From NCBI RefSeq assembly GCF_000143415.4, contig NW_003314308.1:248001-312000 (forward strand): a stretch of DNA of 64,000 nucleotides, in the 5' to 3' direction. Positions within the stretch are counted from its first letter, which is position 1, and every line of letters starts with the position of its first letter. Of the stretch, positions 59,663-64,000 are shown one piece after another. The stretch is from Selaginella moellendorffii (Eukaryota > Plantae > Lycopodiophyta). Both the position numbers and the translations under genes were made by a program. Below the pieces are notes generated by a model. That model did no database searches, was not told the DNA's origin, and saw nothing but the letters and a program-made list of their open reading frames with translations.

Positions 59663-59971
59663 CCGTGCTGTCGTGTTTAGATGAGATTGGACGTGGTTTG
59701 TAGCCGATAAAGACTGCTGCGTCGCTGGCTGATCTACTATTTATCTACAAGGAATATAATGTCCCCTTAGGATGCTGATATTGTCTTCGTTTGTACTGTA
59801 AATTCTGGCCAGCTGGGTTTTTTCTTGCTATTTGGTACTTGTTTCGCTTTCGTTAGAGCAGTCTGGAAATCAGCAAGAGAAACGTGGGATCTGGCATATC
59901 TGAATTGTTCGAATCTTTGCGAGTATATTACCAAGTGCGCCAGCCTCTCCAAAACCATTCTCTATTTCGCT

Positions 59972-60346
59972 ATGGCTCAGTCTATCAAGTTTGCTCCTCT
60001 CATTGCGCTGCTCCTTTGCATTGCTGCCACTGCTGAAGTGCTTGACGTTCCAGGCGAGTTTTTCTTTGTCGATGGAGCAGCCCGCCTACCGTCTGAATGC
60101 AGGCCCGAGTCGCTGTGCTGCCCAAACAGCAAATTCTGTCCCAAGGGCAAATACTGCACCATTTGCATGCCCAGCAATCCGCCTTTGTGCGTTTGCACAG
60201 AGGCTCCTCCGAACTGCGGAGTAGGCAGTAGCTGCTGCAGTGACGGGGACTGCCCAAAGGGAAAAGCTTGCAGCGTATGCACTAAATCGATCCCACCTAT
60301 TTGTCGCTGTGGCCCTGAGCCTAAGATCGTTCTTGTTTCCGAGTGA
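59972..60346 (+). CDS. Secreted cysteine-rich Bowman-Birk-like protease inhibitor with two repeats
   Basis: 124 aa; signal peptide MAQSIKFAPLIALLLCIAATA; two CC..CPKGK.C..C-loop-C.C units with loops CMPSNPPLC and CTKSIPPIC. Confidence 0.88.
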   Translation: MAQSIKFAPLIALLLCIAATAEVLDVPGEFFFVDGAARLPSECRPESLCCPNSKFCPKGKYCTICMPSNPPLCVCTEAPPNCGVGSSCCSDGDCPKGKACSVCTKSIPPICRCGPEPKIVLVSE

Positions 60347-61650
60347 AACCGGCTACAGCCCAAATATAGATCATGTGGCGGTCAACCCTGTTGACTGTGT
60401 AATAAGAGATCTTTCATAATGATAATGTGGCTATTTTTAACGTTCTTATGGATTAATTTCAATTTGGACCATGGAGTTGGAAAACCTTCTAAATTTAGTT
60501 TGGAAAGGATAGTTTAAAATTTGAATGCAACCATGAAAGTTGATATAGTCAATGACAGTAAATAAATGTCTTCAATCTCAAAATGCTTCTAAGACTTCTC
60601 CAGGCTCTAACAATAGTTTCAGTGTTAAAAGATATCAAAGCTTATAAGCAATTAGAAGAGACACCAATGGATTAAGAGAGTGATGTGGTCTACTACCAAT
60701 GAAGTGGCGTACGACCTTATGTTGTGATTTGTTTGTGATCATATCTTACTTGAATTTGCTCTGGACAAACAATCTCAATGGTTTAGACTCAGTTCTTATT
60801 TTTGTACATTTGAGGTCAGTTACCAACATCTTGTTGAATATTCAAGTATTTACACATTTTACAAAATTTGCTATGTGTTTTGCTTAATAGTAGTGTTATT
60901 CTTATTTATTAATGAAAATTTAAATTATAAACATGTTTATAAATTATAAATATAAGATTAATCTAATTGTTAGATAATAAACCATTCTAGAATATCCAAG
61001 TACATTCTAGATATATCCACTATAGGTTTGATTAAGCAAACCAAAACCTCATAAACATCCATTACATTATTAAAAAGCTTGCATAAACATCCAAGATGCA
61101 TCCAAGAATGCATTTTGGATATTCAATAGAGTAAGATAAACACAAAGAATAAATACATATGCTCTTACATTAAAACTTTGGAAGTTTAGTTTCAATTAAA
61201 TTTCCTTTTTTAAAAGTGAAAGTAATTGTATACATCAAGCAATTCACGGTTGCTCATGTAACAAACTAAAAATCTCTTTTAGCCAAAAATCATATAAAAA
61301 TTAAACTTATACATTATTTGAAAAAGTTGGTATTGAGAATGAAGATGGTCCTTTAACACTTGAGTGTAATACAATTGTTATATAGCTTGAGTAAAAAAGA
61401 TTACAAAAGGTATATTATATGTGCCAACATATGGCAAATGGTGGAATCTCATTTGTGAATAAAATTACTCTCATTAAGACTTATATTCTAAATATACACT
61501 AATATTCTATTGAATAAAAGCATAAAAAAGACACACATATTTACATTATAGTGCTCAATAATGGAATGCCACTATTAGTTAATGATTTTTTCCATTTAAT
61601 ACACTAATAACACATGTAAATAATATAAATATTAAATAATAAATTATGTA

Positions 61651-61816
61651 TGTGAGGTCGCCAAGTGTATGGTTACGATGCCGTATACTATGGGATTTTG
61701 GTAACTGTTGGATTGGTTTTAATCTGGACCACTTGCTTTTGTATATAAACTAGGGTATTTGGGCTAATTAAGAGGCATGTTTTCTGTATTCCCTTTCCAT
61801 ATTCCAAGCACTCACA
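61651..61816 (+). mobile_element. Short 5' LTR followed by a degenerate primer-binding site
   Basis: TGTGAG...CTCACA terminal inverted hexamer, internal TATATAAA, then (t)tagtggaggtgaaggg resembling a tRNA-Ala PBS; gag follows. Confidence 0.6.
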
Positions 61817-62039
61817 TTAGTGGAGGTGAAGGGCATCTTTTATTGTCCCTAAGGAGTGTTTAAATTTGGGATTTTGATTTAGATATAGATTTTGCATTGT
61901 CTAGATTTAGTTTTTTCCATTTCCTTTCTTTTGTTCTTTCCTTTTAGGATTTTGGTTTAGATTTAGCTTTTTGCATTGTCTAGATCTACCATTTCCTTCT
62001 AGCTTTTTGTCATTTCTTTTCTTTTGCTCTTTCTTTTTT

Positions 62040-62870
62040 GTTCATCTTCATGGCAAATTAGCAATCTCCTCCTTTGACTTTGGAGCAACAGTTGGTACAA
62101 TTGCTTGATGCTATGCGCTTGCAATTGAACAACCAAACTCAGTTGATGGCGGCGTTCACAACATGTGGTACAACTCCTCTTGCTCTTGGTGCCAATCCTT
62201 GCATTTGGCCAGAGTTCTTTCGTGGGAATCCTGAGGATGATGTGTACCATTGGTTCAATCACTTCACAGTGATTGCCATATATCATTCTTGGCATGATGC
62301 TCGATGTTTGCATGACTTTCCCACATGTCTCCAAGGGATGGTGTTGCAGTGGTACAATGGTTTGAGCGTAGCCACTTATGGGGATTGGAGTGTTCTCCCA
62401 TACATCTTCAAACGTGTCTTCGGACATGCTGATGACTGTGATGATGCCTTCCAACAATTACATTGTCTTCGCCAAGGGCTATCTGAGTCAGTGATGCAAT
62501 TTGGCGTTTGTTTTCGAAGTCTTTTGCTTCGTGCAGAGCTAAATATGTCAGAGCGGATCAAGCTAGGAATGTTGAGGCTAGCACTTCATCAAGATCTTGT
62601 TGGACTTGTGTGCATGCACTTGCTCCCACCACCCTTGATGATGCTCTTCGCTTGGCACAACGTTATGAGATGTCACCTCTTCCACTTTTCACTGCAAGTC
62701 CTTCAGCTCTACTTCCTATGGGTGATGGTTCTGTTCTAATGGAGGTTGATGCTGCTGCTGTTCGAGTCCAAGGACAAGGGCGAGGAAGTGGTCATGGCTG
62801 TGATGTTCACTGCTGGGTGTGTGATGAAGTTGGTCATACTTATCAATGTTGTTGGTGTTTTCCAAATTGA
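62040..62870 (+). mobile_element. Degenerate Ty3/gypsy gag
   Basis: PEFFRGNPEDDVYHWF, LQGMVLQWY, LRQGLSESV, MEVD and CCHC knuckle CWVCDEVGHTYQCC across a frameshift. Confidence 0.8.
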
Positions 62871-62942
62871 CGACCTCCATTTCCTAGGTGGAGACCTTGG
62901 CATCAGCAACGTCCCATTGGTGCTATTGCAGTGGAAGGTCTG

Positions 62943-64000
62943 TGTAAGTGACTAAATTTTCCATTCTACTTTAGTCACTTAACCACACCTCTGACCATTT
63001 GGAGGAGTCTCACTCACAACCTTTGTAAGTCCTATTTTGGACTTAGGGACTTACTAGCCCCAAGAATGGCATCCATGCCACTCAACCATTGCACTTGGTC
63101 TAAGTGCTTCACATGTCCGATCCCATGACCAACACCCCAAGGTACCACCGACATATTAGCTCGTTATGTTAAGGCCATGCCCATTTGCTTTGGTCATACC
63201 GGTGGTCTAACACCACCTACATCACAGTCTCGTCTCTTAAAGACTGGGCCATCCGTCCATGAGTGATCATCCCAGATCCACTCCTTAGCATCCTTAAAAT
63301 GCCTGCAAATCTGGGGAATAGCCTTCCCCAATATCCCTTTTCCGGTCCTTACCAAGTCCCTTTCTGCCCATGGCCGTGTTCGCCAACATTGCCATTGGAT
63401 CGAGGCTCACAGGCCCGACCACTAAGTCTCACGGTCCTTTGGGACTTCTTCACCACACGACTGTATCCTTGGTCACTACACTAGAGGACTACTCTTCTTC
63501 CTTTCCATAGTCTGGGCCTTTGGGACAACATTTCGGAACACCGTGGCCCTACGCGGGCCTCATGGGTACTCTCCCTGCCTTCCGCCTTTGGGTGCTCTAG
63601 CCACAGGCTTAAAGCGAGGTTTTGTGAGCCACGCCAGGTATCCAAGTAGGTAATGCCACCCACATTTGGACTGGGAGCATCGACCATTCGATCTCCTGAG
63701 GGAACTAGAGCCGGCTCTTGAACACATCACTAAGCTACCCCGTTTGTCGATCCATATTCACTTTAGTCTTGGACTTCCCAGTGGTCAGCTCATCACCCAA
63801 CACTGGGTATGGCCTTCCTGGGCCAAATTGGCCTTTCTTGGCCAAATTGGCTCCACTAGGCTCCAACCCCCACACTCTCCCTACTATACTTTTGGAACCC
63901 CCCGTAGCGCCCCCCCCCCCCCTTGGGGGACGATTGCTTTGGGCTTTCACCCAACAACCTATATTAGTATTCAGACTTGGACTTGGACTCGGTCCCAGTT
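62943..64000. mobile_element. Probable second LTR element inserted after gag, running off the window
   Basis: Abrupt compositional switch starting TGTAAG; no protease/pol follows gag; shares a ~100-bp motif with 200-312. Confidence 0.45.

Overview
Compact, gene-dense plant nuclear DNA with 50-70 nt introns and many PLS-type PPR genes, most consistent with the lycophyte Selaginella (inferred, not searched). Left to right: an LTR-like fragment, a decayed PPR fragment and a ~4.6 kb AT-rich degenerate tandem repeat; an SS-rich PPR gene; a TSC10/KDSR-like SDR; RanGAP; an ERD7/spartin-like gene; a decayed second TSC10 copy plus a ZUP1/Mug105 (peptidase C78) remnant; a euANT AP2 factor with a 9-nt VYL microexon; a head-to-head PLS-E PPR pair with a repeated insertion in the L motifs; DUF1644; an RPK2-like LRR-RLK; a LINE remnant; two inverted CYP704B-like genes around an RPL10a pseudogene; a B4 Raf-like PB1 kinase; AP-4 sigma; ARID-HSP20; alpha-Aurora; ARIADNE E3; a scramblase; tRNA-Asp plus a D-arm-deleted twin; another SS-rich PPR; two adjacent fold-back hairpins; a Bowman-Birk-like inhibitor with the exact SFTI-1 loop CTKSIPPIC; and nested LTR retrotransposon remains. 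Best leads: the twin hairpins next to the BBI gene, the loop-inserted PPR pair whose predicted start codons are 64 bp apart, the structured intron before a 51-nt ARID exon, and the D-armless tRNA.
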